Shown piece after piece: positions 28,919-38,553 of a stretch of 64,000 nt of DNA (position 1 is the first letter of the stretch; each line of letters opens with the position of its first letter). Location of the stretch: contig OZ250169.1 in the NCBI GenBank assembly GCA_965237955.1, positions 2,080,001 to 2,144,000 on the forward strand. Direction: 5' to 3'. Below the pieces are notes generated by a model, which saw only the letters and a list, made by a program, of their open reading frames with translations, searched no databases and was not told the DNA's origin. The position numbers and the translations under genes were made by a program. The DNA comes from Candidatus Marinacidobacterales bacterium. Lineage in GTDB: Bacteria > Acidobacteriota > Vicinamibacteria > Marinacidobacterales > SMYC01.

Positions 28919-29060
28919 TGTCGGTAAGACTTACAACTCACGACTTCACCTTCAAGTGTCTCGCGCTGTTGAGTTAAGGGAGATGGCGCTTCGGCGCGAC
29001 TGTCGGCTTTTCTGACAGTAACGCGTTTGGTGGCTCCGGCACATCCTTTCCAAGGCGCTC

Positions 29061-29118
29061 TAAGTAGCTGATAGCATATCGTCTATTATTTTCACAGATT
29101 GATGGCGCGCGTATTGCA
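29061..29118 (+). promoter_or_regulatory. Sigma54 promoter with upstream IHF-like site
   Basis: TGGCGCGCGTATTGCA at 29103-29118; TATCAGCTACTTA on the minus strand at 29073-29061. Confidence 0.7.
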
Positions 29119-29219
29119 TTGTCGTGTATGCTCGGCGATCACACGAGCACGGCAATGGCGCTAGTCGTATTGGGTTCGACACCGCCGTTGCAGGGGTTTT
29201 TGGTTGTCCCCGACGTAAA

Positions 29220-30101
29220 ATGGCGAGCCGGACGCTTCTAATCGTCGAAAGTCCCGGTACCGAGTCCGGGCGATTTCGCAAGCTTGCCCGCCGCGCTGGA
29301 TTCAAAGTCCTCACCACGAACTCTGGCACGATGGCCCGATCGGTGGTGAGGCGGACGCAGCCGGCGCTGGTGCTCTTGTCGCCGCACACGAATGCCCCCG
29401 GGCCATCCGAGATCGCTCGCAGCATCAAAGAGGACCCGACCACCGGCGATGTTCCTATCCTCACGCTCCTCCTGAGCGAGCGTGCCCGCGCCAAGGCCTA
29501 TCCGACCGAGGCTTGGGCCACGCTGGACGCAAGCGACGATGAGCTACTAAGAACAATGCAGCTTCTGGCAGCCAATAGCCGACGCCTTCGCTACGAGCCC
29601 AAACCGATGGGCCCGCTCGAGGGACATCTCGACGACGACTCGTTGCCCGACGTGCTCCAATTCTTGTTCGCGGCCCGAAAAACGGGACGGGTCACCATTC
29701 GAAACGGTGCCCGGCGCCCCGGGCGCATCTACATCGAATCGGGAAACGTCGTCCACGCCGAGCACGCCGACCGCTACGGTCTCGAGGCTTTCAAACGGCT
29801 GTGCTTCGCGACCCATGGACGTTTCAAGTTCGAGCCCGACGAGCGTACCCCGCACCGCACGATGCTCGAAGGTGGCATCGAGCTGCTGCTGGAATCGGCG
29901 CGCGCGAAGGACCACGAAGACCGGAACGCCCGCATTCAGTCGAAGAGCCCACGCGACATCCGGCGCCGCGCCTACGCGAAAGCCAGTGGCAGCTCCCTGC
30001 CGTCGCTCTCGCGCCTCGCGACCGAATCCGAACCTGCGAAGAAAACGAAGCCCTTCTCCAGTTTAATATCCCGAATCAGCAGGGCTTTAAGAAGCTCCTA
30101 A
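29220..30101 (+). CDS. Pseudo-receiver plus DUF4388 (PatA-N-like) protein
   Basis: Receiver-like N-terminus lacking acidic residues; LEGHLDDDSLPDVLQFL..RKTG..GRIYIESGNVVHAE. Confidence 0.75.
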   Translation: MASRTLLIVESPGTESGRFRKLARRAGFKVLTTNSGTMARSVVRRTQPALVLLSPHTNAPGPSEIARSIKEDPTTGDVPILTLLLSERARAKAYPTEAWATLDASDDELLRTMQLLAANSRRLRYEPKPMGPLEGHLDDDSLPDVLQFLFAARKTGRVTIRNGARRPGRIYIESGNVVHAEHADRYGLEAFKRLCFATHGRFKFEPDERTPHRTMLEGGIELLLESARAKDHEDRNARIQSKSPRDIRRRAYAKASGSSLPSLSRLATESEPAKKTKPFSSLISRISRALRSS

Positions 30102-30174
30102 TAAGCCCCCGATCCTTATTCCCCTCTCCCGCACGCGGGAGAGGGGGTATAAGGAAGAAGAGCTTATTAGGAGC
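30093..30174. repeat. Nested inverted repeat containing a CCCTCTCCC-type palindrome (family D)
   Basis: GCTCCTAATAAGC...CCCCTCTCCCGC-ac-GCGGGAGAGGGG...GCTTATTAGGAGC. Confidence 0.75.
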
Positions 30175-30263
30175 ATTATTAACTCACCCCAATCTCACAT
30201 TTCTCTCATTTCCCTTCGCGACCCAGCGCCTATCTTGTGGACAAGGAAAGGAGACGAACACCC

Positions 30264-30761
30264 ATGGCCCTACCCGTATTCACCGACGAGCACGAGCGCA
30301 CCGATTTCAAAATTTGTCACGACCGCGTAGAGCTCCGCACCCAAAAGCGCGTGCAGTTCATCGACATCACCGAGCTCGTCCTCGAGCGCGTTCGACGCGC
30401 CAGTATTAGCCATGGCGTCGTCAACATTCAGACCAAGCACACCACGACGGCGGTCGTGGTCAACGAGAATGAACCGAACCTCCTGCGCGACTTCGAAGAG
30501 CGTCTCGAAGCGTGGGCGCCGCAAGAGGAACGCTATCGCCATAATAATCTCGAAGCGCGACGATTCCAGCGGATCTCACCGGACGAGAAACCGAACGGCG
30601 ACGCGCACGCGCGCGCACTGATTCTCGGCGCCTCTGAAACGATGAACGTCATCGCCTCGCGCGTGGAGCTCGGCGAATGGCAACGGCTCTTTTTCGTCGA
30701 GCTCGACGGACCACGTCCGCGAAAGGTTTCGATCCTCGCCATGGGAACATCTGTGATTTAA
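30264..30761 (+). CDS. yjbQ: YjbQ/UPF0047 family protein
   Basis: [42 protein letters not shown]. Confidence 0.9.
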   Translation: MALPVFTDEHERTDFKICHDRVELRTQKRVQFIDITELVLERVRRASISHGVVNIQTKHTTTAVVVNENEPNLLRDFEERLEAWAPQEERYRHNNLEARRFQRISPDEKPNGDAHARALILGASETMNVIASRVELGEWQRLFFVELDGPRPRKVSILAMGTSVI

Positions 30762-30770
30762 TCCCTGCCC

Positions 30771-31508
30771 GTGCAGATTCTGGGCATCGACATCGGCGGG
30801 ACCGGTGTCAAGGGCGCGCCCGTGGACACGACTAGGGGCGTTCTTCTCGCCGAAAGGTTGCGGCTCCCGACTCCGAAGCCGTCCACGCCGCGTGCCGTGG
30901 CTGACGTCGTCGCGGAAATCACGCGCCACTTCGATTGGAAAGGTCGCGGCGGCTGCGGCTTCCCGGGTGTCGTGCACAATGGTGTGGTTCACACCGCCGC
31001 CAACGTGTCGAAAAAATGGATCGGGGTCGCCGCGGACTCACTGTTGAAAAAGACCACCGGGTGCGATTTCGTACCCATGAACGACGCCGACGCCGCCGGC
31101 GTTGCCGAGATGCGATTCGGCGCGGGCAAAGGGAAAAAAGGCGTCGTGCTCGTTTTGACCCTCGGCACGGGGATCGGCAGCGCGCTCTGCCTCGACGGGA
31201 AACTCGTTCCCAACGTCGAGCTCGGCCAACTCGAAATCGACGGACGTAACGCCGAGAAGTGGGCGTCGGCGATAGTGCGAGACGACGACGGGCTCAGCTG
31301 GAAACAATGGGCGGCCCGGTTGGATACATATCTCGAACGGGTGCACTCTCACTTTTGGCCGGAGCTCATTATTCTCGGCGGCGGCGGGAGCAAGAAGTTC
31401 GAGAAATTCGCCACTTATCTCACCGTTGATTGCCCGATCTTGCCCGCGACGCTCCGAAACCGAGCCGGTATCATCGGCGCGGCCCTACACGCAGCAGAAA
31501 CATCGTAG
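30771..31508 (+). CDS. ppgK: Polyphosphate glucokinase (ROK family)
   Basis: [44 protein letters not shown]. Confidence 0.9.
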   Translation: MQILGIDIGGTGVKGAPVDTTRGVLLAERLRLPTPKPSTPRAVADVVAEITRHFDWKGRGGCGFPGVVHNGVVHTAANVSKKWIGVAADSLLKKTTGCDFVPMNDADAAGVAEMRFGAGKGKKGVVLVLTLGTGIGSALCLDGKLVPNVELGQLEIDGRNAEKWASAIVRDDDGLSWKQWAARLDTYLERVHSHFWPELIILGGGGSKKFEKFATYLTVDCPILPATLRNRAGIIGAALHAAETS

Positions 31509-31535
31509 CTGCGAGATACAAAACGCTCCCCACCA

Positions 31536-31943
31536 TCACGCTTCGAGCACGATGGTAGGCTTTCGCTCTCCACGAAGATAGCGTACGACATCGACGGTAT
31601 CGATCACGAGTGAGAGCCCGCATAGCGCGATCACGGCAACGACCCAGTTATAGAACAATCCCTCGCCTCGAATCGAGGCGAGGCGATTCACGAGCCACGC
31701 GATCATCACAAACCAATGAAAGTGACCGAGGCCGAGCAAGCGCACGAACCCGAATCGCGCAAAAATTACCATCTGGAGCAAGGCTCCGACGAAAAGCCCT
31801 GCGAGCACGAGCGACGCCTCTACGCGCGGCAGGAAGAACACCGCCGCCATGTTCGCCAGAAACAACAACGCGATCCAGAGCTGCCAATGAATCGGCATCT
31901 CGAGAATGTGTCGAGTGAAGCGCAACATCACCTTCATAGCCAA
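31536..31943 (-). CDS. Hypothetical 4-TM membrane protein
   Basis: Hydrophobic ORF with GFVRLLGLGH and IDTVDVVRYLRGER. Confidence 0.7.
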   Translation of the reverse strand: MAMKVMLRFTRHILEMPIHWQLWIALLFLANMAAVFFLPRVEASLVLAGLFVGALLQMVIFARFGFVRLLGLGHFHWFVMIAWLVNRLASIRGEGLFYNWVVAVIALCGLSLVIDTVDVVRYLRGERKPTIVLEA

Positions 31944-31982
31944 CTCGTGCCACCCAGATAATAGCGCGGCGTGGCCGGTGCG

Positions 31983-32291
31983 CTACTCCGCTTGCAACGC
32001 TCGCACCGGGTGGACTCGTGAGGCACGGAGAGCCGGAAGGAAGGTCGCGAAGAAGGCGACCGCGACCAACGTCGCGGTCACGGCGACAATGAACCTGGGA
32101 TCGATCGCGTCGTCACCGCTGTTCTCGTACGGGAAGGATTTGAACAGGAACCCGTTAGCGACACTGAAGGTCACGGTGTTGGCCGAGATGCCGAAGGCCA
32201 ACGAGATAGCCGCCACCGCCATAACCATGGGCGCTTTTCCCATCATCCGTAGACCGTAGCGGAGATCATGGATGATGTCGAAGTCTGACAT
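31983..32291 (-). pseudogene. In-frame collapsed ADOP permease (N-terminus fused to C-terminus, 102 aa)
   Basis: HDLRYGLRMMGKAP..LAFGISANTVTFSVAN..FPY joined to DP..FATFLPALRASRVHPVRALQAE; GGAGAG RBS. Confidence 0.8.
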
Positions 32292-32415
32292 GTACTCTCC
32301 CGGTGAAACGAGACCCTGACAGGCAACACGTTTCCAAGGCCGAGAAGGTTCAGCGCCTTTGACGGCCCGCGCGCCACGCGGTAAGTATACAAGGGCATTT
32401 CAAAGGAGACTGCCG

Positions 32416-33732
32416 ATGTTTATCCTAACCGCCGCCTTCCCGCTCCTGCTCCTCTGCCTCGCGTGTGCCGGCGAATCACCGGATCCGGAGCCCGAAACCG
32501 TCTCGAGTGAGCTCGTGCCGGGCGCCGCTCGCGCGCCGAGCTGCGATCCCGCCAGTGACGATCTCACGCTGCCGGAGGGTTTCTGCGCCACCGTGTTCGC
32601 GGAAGACCTCGGCCGCGGCCGCCACCTCGCGGTGACGGACGACGGTATCGTCTACGTCGCGCTTCGGGAGGGCGAGAACGGAGGTGTCGTCGCGCTCCGC
32701 GACAATGACGGCGATGGTCGAGCCGACGATCAGGCTCAGTTCGGCGATCACTATGGAACCGGTGTCGAGGTCCACGAGGGCCATCTCTATTTCGGCACCA
32801 ACATTGCGATCGTGCGCTATACGTTGACGCCCGGCCAGCTCGAGCCCGAAGGCGACTACGTTCCCTGGATCGACGGATTTCCCGAGCAGAGTCAACACGC
32901 GGTCAAGCCGATGACGTTCGACGACGAGGGCAACATTTACGTGAACGTGGGCGGCCCCTCCAATGCATGCATGGAGGAGACGCGCACCGAAGGCTCTCCG
33001 GGTCAAAACCCCTGCCCTCATCGCGACTGGCAAGCTTCGATCTGGCGTTTCAAGAACGATCGTGGCGGGCAAAATCAGCGCTCCGATGGATACCGCTACG
33101 CGAGCGGCATTCGGAACTCCGTGGCCATCGCGTGGGATCCTGCGTCGAAGAGCGTTTTCGTGTCCCAGCACGGACGTGACTCGCTCGACACGCTCTGGCC
33201 CGATCTCTTTACCGCCGAGCAGAGCCGGGACAATCCCGCGGAGGAGTTCTTCAAACTCACCGACGGCGACGACTACATGTGGCCCTATTGCTATTGGGAC
33301 ACCGCGCTCGACAAGAAAATCCTCACGCCCGAATACGGTGGTGACGGCTCGAAAGTCGGTGACTGCGATATGGCTCCCGACACCTTGGTGGCCTTCCCCG
33401 CGCATTGGGGGCCGAACGATTTACTGTTCTACACCGGAGAGCAGTTTCCCGAGCGCTATCGCGGCGGCGCGTTCATCGCATTCCATGGATCATGGAACCG
33501 GGCGCCGTTTCCGCAAGGCGGCTACAACGTCGTGTTCGTTCCCATGCGTGACGGCGCGGTCACCGGTGATTGGGAAACGTTCGCGGATGGTTTCAAGGGC
33601 GAAGAGCAGTTGATGAGTCCTCGCGATGCGACCTACCGTCCCACCGGACTCGCGCAAGGTCCGGATGGATCGATGTACATCTCGGACTCGGTGACGGGCC
33701 GAATCTGGCGCGTCGTCTACACGGGGAGTTGA
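32416..33732 (+). CDS. PQQ-dependent sugar/sorbosone dehydrogenase lipoprotein
   Basis: Lipobox LLCLAC, LPEGFCA, GIRN, HGRD, AFHGSWNR, RPTGLAQGPDGS. Confidence 0.9.
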   Translation: MFILTAAFPLLLLCLACAGESPDPEPETVSSELVPGAARAPSCDPASDDLTLPEGFCATVFAEDLGRGRHLAVTDDGIVYVALREGENGGVVALRDNDGDGRADDQAQFGDHYGTGVEVHEGHLYFGTNIAIVRYTLTPGQLEPEGDYVPWIDGFPEQSQHAVKPMTFDDEGNIYVNVGGPSNACMEETRTEGSPGQNPCPHRDWQASIWRFKNDRGGQNQRSDGYRYASGIRNSVAIAWDPASKSVFVSQHGRDSLDTLWPDLFTAEQSRDNPAEEFFKLTDGDDYMWPYCYWDTALDKKILTPEYGGDGSKVGDCDMAPDTLVAFPAHWGPNDLLFYTGEQFPERYRGGAFIAFHGSWNRAPFPQGGYNVVFVPMRDGAVTGDWETFADGFKGEEQLMSPRDATYRPTGLAQGPDGSMYISDSVTGRIWRVVYTGS

Positions 33733-33735
33733 CGC

Positions 33736-34050
33736 ATGACTGATCAAGGCTGGGCTCGGATGTTCGCCCGCGTGATGGTGGGCATTGGGTGATGGAAATG
33801 CTTCGAGCTTACGCCAATGGCACACGCGCGCGATACCGGTCGTCGAGCTCGTTGCCGGAGCGCTCCTCATCGTCGGCTGGCGCACACGCGAAGCGCTCGT
33901 CACCATTGGTTTCGTCTTGCTCATCGTGACCTACGGCCACGCACTAGACGAACCGCTCTACAGCATCCAAGGTCACATGCTGCTGCGCGGAGTCTGATGT
34001 TGATAGCCCTGGTTTTGCATCCGAAGAGGACAAGCTGTCCGTGGATTCCT
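33736..34050 (+). pseudogene. DoxX family membrane protein relic
   Basis: MTDQGWARMFARVMVGIG-stop-WKCFELTP, then another frame IPVVELVAGALLIVGWRTR..TYGH; stops and deletions. Confidence 0.6.
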
Positions 34051-34065
34051 GGCGGTTGCGCAGAG

Positions 34066-34461
34066 CTACTTGATGTAGTAGCCCGACACTCGCCAGCGGC
34101 CGTCGGAATCCATCATCGGTGTGATGGTCTCTATTGCGCTCTTTTTGTTCTCGAACGTCGTGTCGTATTGGATCAGGACGTAGCGCCCGTCGGGTGCTCC
34201 AGGTAGCGTCTCAGCGTACGTACGCGATTTTACGGTGCGCGAAACGAGCTTGCCCAGCGGACTACGTGCAGAGGCGATGCTCCGCCCCCAATCGTCCTTC
34301 GTCACGGCGGTTTTCACGAGCGACGCTGCTTCCTCCCAGCTCTCGTCGTAGCGCCCTTCGTCAACGAGGTCCAGCCACGCCTCCACACTCTTTTGCGCAG
34401 CATCCTCGGCATCTTGAACGGGCGCGGCGCCCACTAACAACACAAGCAACAAATACATCAT
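34066..34461 (-). CDS. DUF4019 domain protein
   Basis: WLDLVDEG.Y..SW, R.PLG, LPGAPDGRY, WRVSGYYI. Confidence 0.88.
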   Translation of the reverse strand: MMYLLLVLLVGAAPVQDAEDAAQKSVEAWLDLVDEGRYDESWEEAASLVKTAVTKDDWGRSIASARSPLGKLVSRTVKSRTYAETLPGAPDGRYVLIQYDTTFENKKSAIETITPMMDSDGRWRVSGYYIK

Positions 34462-34466
34462 CTACT

Positions 34467-35159
34467 TCACCCCACGAACTTATAGCCGAGCCGGTGCACG
34501 GTGACGACGTATTGAGGGCGAGAGGGATTTTCTTCGATCTTTTGACGGAGACCCGACACGTGTACATCGACGGTGCGTGAATACGGCATAGCCTCGTAGC
34601 CCCACACGCGGTTCAATAGCTCGTCGCGACTGAGCGCGGCCCCACGGTGCTCGATGAAATAGCGCAACAGCTTGAACTCGAGCGCGGACAAGTCTACCGA
34701 CTCGCCGTGGCGGGTCACTTCCGCCCTTCGAAAATCGACTTCGATGGCACCGAAACGAAAACGCTCCGGGGCGTCGTCATCGCGAGCCGGCGTACGCCTG
34801 AGGAGCGCGTCCACGCGAGCGGTCAGCTCCAGCATGTCAAACGGCTTCGTCAGATAATCATCACCACCCAGCTTCAAGCCGACCACCTTGTCCGTCAATT
34901 CACCGCGCGCGGTGAGAAACAAAACCGGCACTTCTAATCCATTCTGCCGGAGCTCGCGGCATACGTCGAATCCGTTCTTGCCCGGAAGCATGACGTCCCG
35001 GATCACCAAGTCGAAAGGCTCTTTCAAGGCTTTCACCACGGCAGCGTCGCCGTCCGTAACCGCATCAACGACATAGCCTTCCGCCTTCAGCCGATCGGTG
35101 AGCGTGAGAACGAGACCGGGCTCGTCTTCGACCAGGAGGATACGCTTGGGCGCCGGCAT
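34467..35159 (-). CDS. OmpR-family response regulator
   Basis: LLVEDE, DVMLPG, DDYLTKPF, RTVDVHV. Confidence 0.95.
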   Translation of the reverse strand: MPAPKRILLVEDEPGLVLTLTDRLKAEGYVVDAVTDGDAAVVKALKEPFDLVIRDVMLPGKNGFDVCRELRQNGLEVPVLFLTARGELTDKVVGLKLGGDDYLTKPFDMLELTARVDALLRRTPARDDDAPERFRFGAIEVDFRRAEVTRHGESVDLSALEFKLLRYFIEHRGAALSRDELLNRVWGYEAMPYSRTVDVHVSGLRQKIEENPSRPQYVVTVHRLGYKFVG

Positions 35160-35183
35160 CTCAGTCCTTAATCCCCGGGCATC

Positions 35184-36848
35184 TTAGTCTTGGGCTGGAA
35201 GATATAGTGTAAACTGGCTTCCCTTCCCTGGAGTCGACTCTACCTCGACACTGCCACCGTGCTCTCTCGCGACATGGTCGACGAGACTCAAACCCAGACC
35301 GCTCCCCGGTACTTGCCGATCGTGAGCACGGCTTCCGCGATAGAACGGTTCGAACAGATGGATTCGGTCTTCCTCGGAGATACCGGGACCGCGATCGGTC
35401 ACGACGATGGCAATCTTCGAGCCCCGGGGCTCGGCGAGAATCTCGACGGCGTTTCCATCTCCATCGCCGCCGTGTTTGATCGCGTTCATAATAATGTTAC
35501 TGACGGCGCGCCGCATCGCATCCGGATCGCCGAACAAGGTGGCGCCCTTCGACGGAAAGCTCGTCGTGATAGGGACGCTGCGTTCCTCCCGAAGGCTCTC
35601 GCAATCCGCCAGGGCGTCGGCGACGAGCGAGCTGGCCAACACGGGTTCACGGCGGTAGCGCCGTTTCTGCGATTGGATACCGGCGAGCGCGAGTACTTGG
35701 TCCACGAGCTCGTTGAGCCGTCGACCTTCCGAGTCGATGAGCGATCCGTATCGTTTGACCTGAGCAGGGTCGCTCACCGATCCGTCCGCTAGATTTTGGC
35801 CCGCCGAGCGCAACACCGCGACCGGCGTGCGTAGCTCGTGCGACACACCGGCGACGAACTCCATCTTGCGATCGTTGAGCTCGGTAGCGCGCCGCGTGGA
35901 CACCGCGACGAGACCGATGCTCGCCGCGAGAAGCCCGAGAATTCCAAAGCTCACCATGAGGTTGCGCGTGCGGGCGCTCGCGACAAAAGCCTCGAGTGAG
36001 CCCGCGCGGTGTCGGACGAAAACTTCCCAAGAACCCACTCCGAGCCGTTCGCGGGCTTCGACGAGCTCGGGCGGGAGACGTCGTCGCTCCCTACGTCGCG
36101 GAGGCCTTCCGATGAAACGCCCGAGCGAGAACAGCTCTCCGCGCGCATCCGCCCGTGCATCCAGACCCATGGTCGCGTCACCGTCCGCGGTCGCGAAAAA
36201 GACATACCCGTGACCATCGACGACGGCAACGTCGTAGTCGGATCCAAAATGACGCTCTGCGAGCTCGGGGAAGATCGTTTCGCGGAGCGTTGCCGAGTCG
36301 AGCGTTGCGAGGATATAGCCCGAAACGGAGAACCCGGCCCAGCGCGCTTCGCGTGACGCGATCGGAATCGCAACGACGGGCGGCTCACCCGACAGAACCG
36401 GAAACGGGAACGGCGGTCCGCCGCGTCGTCCTCGCTCGACTCCGCGGCCCCAACCAATCAACTGTTCGCGCACTCGTTCGAACGCTTGGGGCCACTCGAT
36501 GGGGACGAGCTTATGGGGCGCACCCACACTATCGAGCTTCGAGAGCGCCCCGTCCGCGTCGCAGAAATAGATGGCGCTCACGAGCTCGGGATAGCGCGCC
36601 TCGTCGCGATAGCGCTCGAGCCGAGAGCCAAGCTCATCCACTCGCTCGGCGCGGAAGAACTGGAAGAGAAGCAAGGCCTCGTCGTCGACGTCGCCCGCAA
36701 AACGGCGCACCGACGATTGGAGGCTCGCTTGCATCCGCTCTTGCTCGGCAACGCTGACTTGTCCCGTCCACCGAAACTGGAGCCATGCCAGGACCGCGAG
36801 GAGCACCAGCAATAGAACCGGCCAGAGCATCCCGCGGAAGCGCGTCAT
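35184..36848 (-). CDS. Membrane sensor histidine kinase
   Basis: Two TM helices, VSHELRTP, NAIKH, DRGPGI, GSGLGL. Confidence 0.95.
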   Translation of the reverse strand: MTRFRGMLWPVLLLVLLAVLAWLQFRWTGQVSVAEQERMQASLQSSVRRFAGDVDDEALLLFQFFRAERVDELGSRLERYRDEARYPELVSAIYFCDADGALSKLDSVGAPHKLVPIEWPQAFERVREQLIGWGRGVERGRRGGPPFPFPVLSGEPPVVAIPIASREARWAGFSVSGYILATLDSATLRETIFPELAERHFGSDYDVAVVDGHGYVFFATADGDATMGLDARADARGELFSLGRFIGRPPRRRERRRLPPELVEARERLGVGSWEVFVRHRAGSLEAFVASARTRNLMVSFGILGLLAASIGLVAVSTRRATELNDRKMEFVAGVSHELRTPVAVLRSAGQNLADGSVSDPAQVKRYGSLIDSEGRRLNELVDQVLALAGIQSQKRRYRREPVLASSLVADALADCESLREERSVPITTSFPSKGATLFGDPDAMRRAVSNIIMNAIKHGGDGDGNAVEILAEPRGSKIAIVVTDRGPGISEEDRIHLFEPFYRGSRAHDRQVPGSGLGLSLVDHVAREHGGSVEVESTPGKGSQFTLYLPAQD

Positions 36849-36997
36849 GTCTCCATTCTAACGGTACACGGGTCAACGCGTTACGCCGCACCGCGAGCTT
36901 TTACATCCTTTACACAACCTTTTCACCGGCTTGATAACTCCCAAGACTCGGTTCGCTAATATAGGTCTGTGGAAAGCACCTGATTAGGAGGACGACA

Positions 36998-37519
36998 ATG
37001 ACAATGCCAAGACAGAACATCACGACCAAACTGCTATGGACCGCGCTCGTTGACAGCATGCTCGTGGTTCCCCTGACGCTTTCCGCAAGCATTCAGCCCG
37101 AAGGGCGCCGAGGCTTCCGCGGGGATCGCGGAGGAAGCGGGCGCGCGATCTTTCACGAGTTGGACCTCAGTAAAGATCAGCGCGAGCAGATGCGCGCGCT
37201 CCGCCAAGGCCAGCACGGGATGCCGCGCGACATTTTCGAGCGTTTGACCGAGCGGCGTAACGCGCTCAACGAAGCGGTCGACAACGGCGCGGACGAGGCC
37301 GCCATCCGTCAGCTCGCGTACGAATGTGGAGAGGCGGAAGGCGATGCTGCTGTCGAGCGTGCTCGGATGCACGCGCAGATGATGGAGATCCTCACCGAGG
37401 AGCAGCGAGAGCAGTACCTAGCGTTCAAGGAAGAGCAGAAGCAAAAGAGGGAACAGCGCCGCAAGCGCAAGCAAGAGCGCATGGAAAATCGTCGCAACCG
37501 AAATCCCGACTCCTTCTGA
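36998..37519 (+). CDS. Spy/CpxP family periplasmic chaperone
   Basis: Signal peptide; LDLSKDQ and ILTEEQ (LTxxQ) motifs; divergent from the two-component system. Confidence 0.85.
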   Translation: MTMPRQNITTKLLWTALVDSMLVVPLTLSASIQPEGRRGFRGDRGGSGRAIFHELDLSKDQREQMRALRQGQHGMPRDIFERLTERRNALNEAVDNGADEAAIRQLAYECGEAEGDAAVERARMHAQMMEILTEEQREQYLAFKEEQKQKREQRRKRKQERMENRRNRNPDSF

Positions 37520-37596
37520 GTGGCGGCGAAGGAGATGCCGTACCGCCTCGCTTTCCCGACGTACACCTACCGTGGGGCGGTACGGTTTCTCTGAAT

Positions 37597-37617
37597 CAGC
37601 ATTCAGCATCCAGCATT
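37597..37617. repeat. Heptamer CAGCATY tandem repeat, family B
   Basis: CAGCATT CAGCATC CAGCATT. Confidence 0.6.
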
Positions 37618-37653
37618 CGGTTGCTGACGACTTGGGACAAGGAGAGGTTTGAG

Positions 37654-38259
37654 ATGAGTTTAGCGTTGAGCTTCGTTTGTTGCGCTGTATGGGCGATGAT
37701 GCCGGGGCAGGACGGTGTCGGGTTCAGCGGGGTTTGGGAGAGGAACATCGAGCAGAGCGACGACCCTCAGGAGAAGATGCAGGAGGCGATGGAGCAGATG
37801 CGGGAACGGATGGGCCGTCGGGGTGGTGGTGGCTCCGGCGGTGGTGGACGTCCACCCGGAGGAGGCGGACGGCCTGGAGGCATGGGCGATGGTCGTGGCG
37901 GCCGGGGAGAAGGCGGGGCTCGGCCGGATCTCGGCAACGTCCCCGACGAGCTCACCGTGGAGCTTTTGAACGACGAGCTTCGAATCGACGACGGAGAGCG
38001 ACTGCGGATTTACTACCTGGACGGTGAAAAGCACAAGCGAGAAATGGCGAACGGCATGAAGCTCGAGACCGTGGCCGAGCTCAAAGGAAACGCCGTCTTC
38101 ATCGAAGAAAAAATGGAGCGCGGGAAGCTAGACCGCAAATTCGAGCTCTCGCCCGACGGCGGAACGATGGTTGTGACCTTGACCGTCAAGTTTGGCCGGA
38201 TGAAGGATCCGGTCATCATCAAAACGGTTTACGAAAGGGCTTCGGAAATCTCGTACTAG
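37654..38259 (+). CDS. Secreted protein with Gly/Arg-rich low-complexity insert
   Basis: Signal peptide, FSGVW...SDDP, GGRPGG tract, C-terminal VYER; GGAGAGG RBS. Confidence 0.75.
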   Translation: MSLALSFVCCAVWAMMPGQDGVGFSGVWERNIEQSDDPQEKMQEAMEQMRERMGRRGGGGSGGGGRPPGGGGRPGGMGDGRGGRGEGGARPDLGNVPDELTVELLNDELRIDDGERLRIYYLDGEKHKREMANGMKLETVAELKGNAVFIEEKMERGKLDRKFELSPDGGTMVVTLTVKFGRMKDPVIIKTVYERASEISY

Positions 38260-38271
38260 CGGGGCGGGGTG

Positions 38272-38553
38272 TCAAGCTCCTGCGGCTTCTTTTTCGGCTT
38301 TCTTTTTCTCTTCTTCTTCGGCCTCTTCGATGGCCAGCTTCTCGTCGTCGGTGAGAACGTCCATCAGCTCCCACGCCTGCTTCTGCGGGCCTGGGACCAT
38401 ACCAGCGATATCCGGGTCTTCTCCGTCCACGCTCTCGACCTTGACACGGTCCGCGCTTTTCTGGACGCGTCGTTCCGCTTTGACGCGTTGTTTTTCCTGA
38501 CGCGCCCGCTCCTTCTGACGTTTGATGAACGTCTGTCGACTACGATTGGCCAA
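38272..38553 (-). CDS. Small charge-segregated protein (93 aa)
   Basis: TTG start after GGAG; MANRSRQTFIKRQKERARQEKQ...EDPDIAGMVPGPQ, acidic tail. Confidence 0.65.
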   Translation of the reverse strand: MANRSRQTFIKRQKERARQEKQRVKAERRVQKSADRVKVESVDGEDPDIAGMVPGPQKQAWELMDVLTDDEKLAIEEAEEEEKKKAEKEAAGA

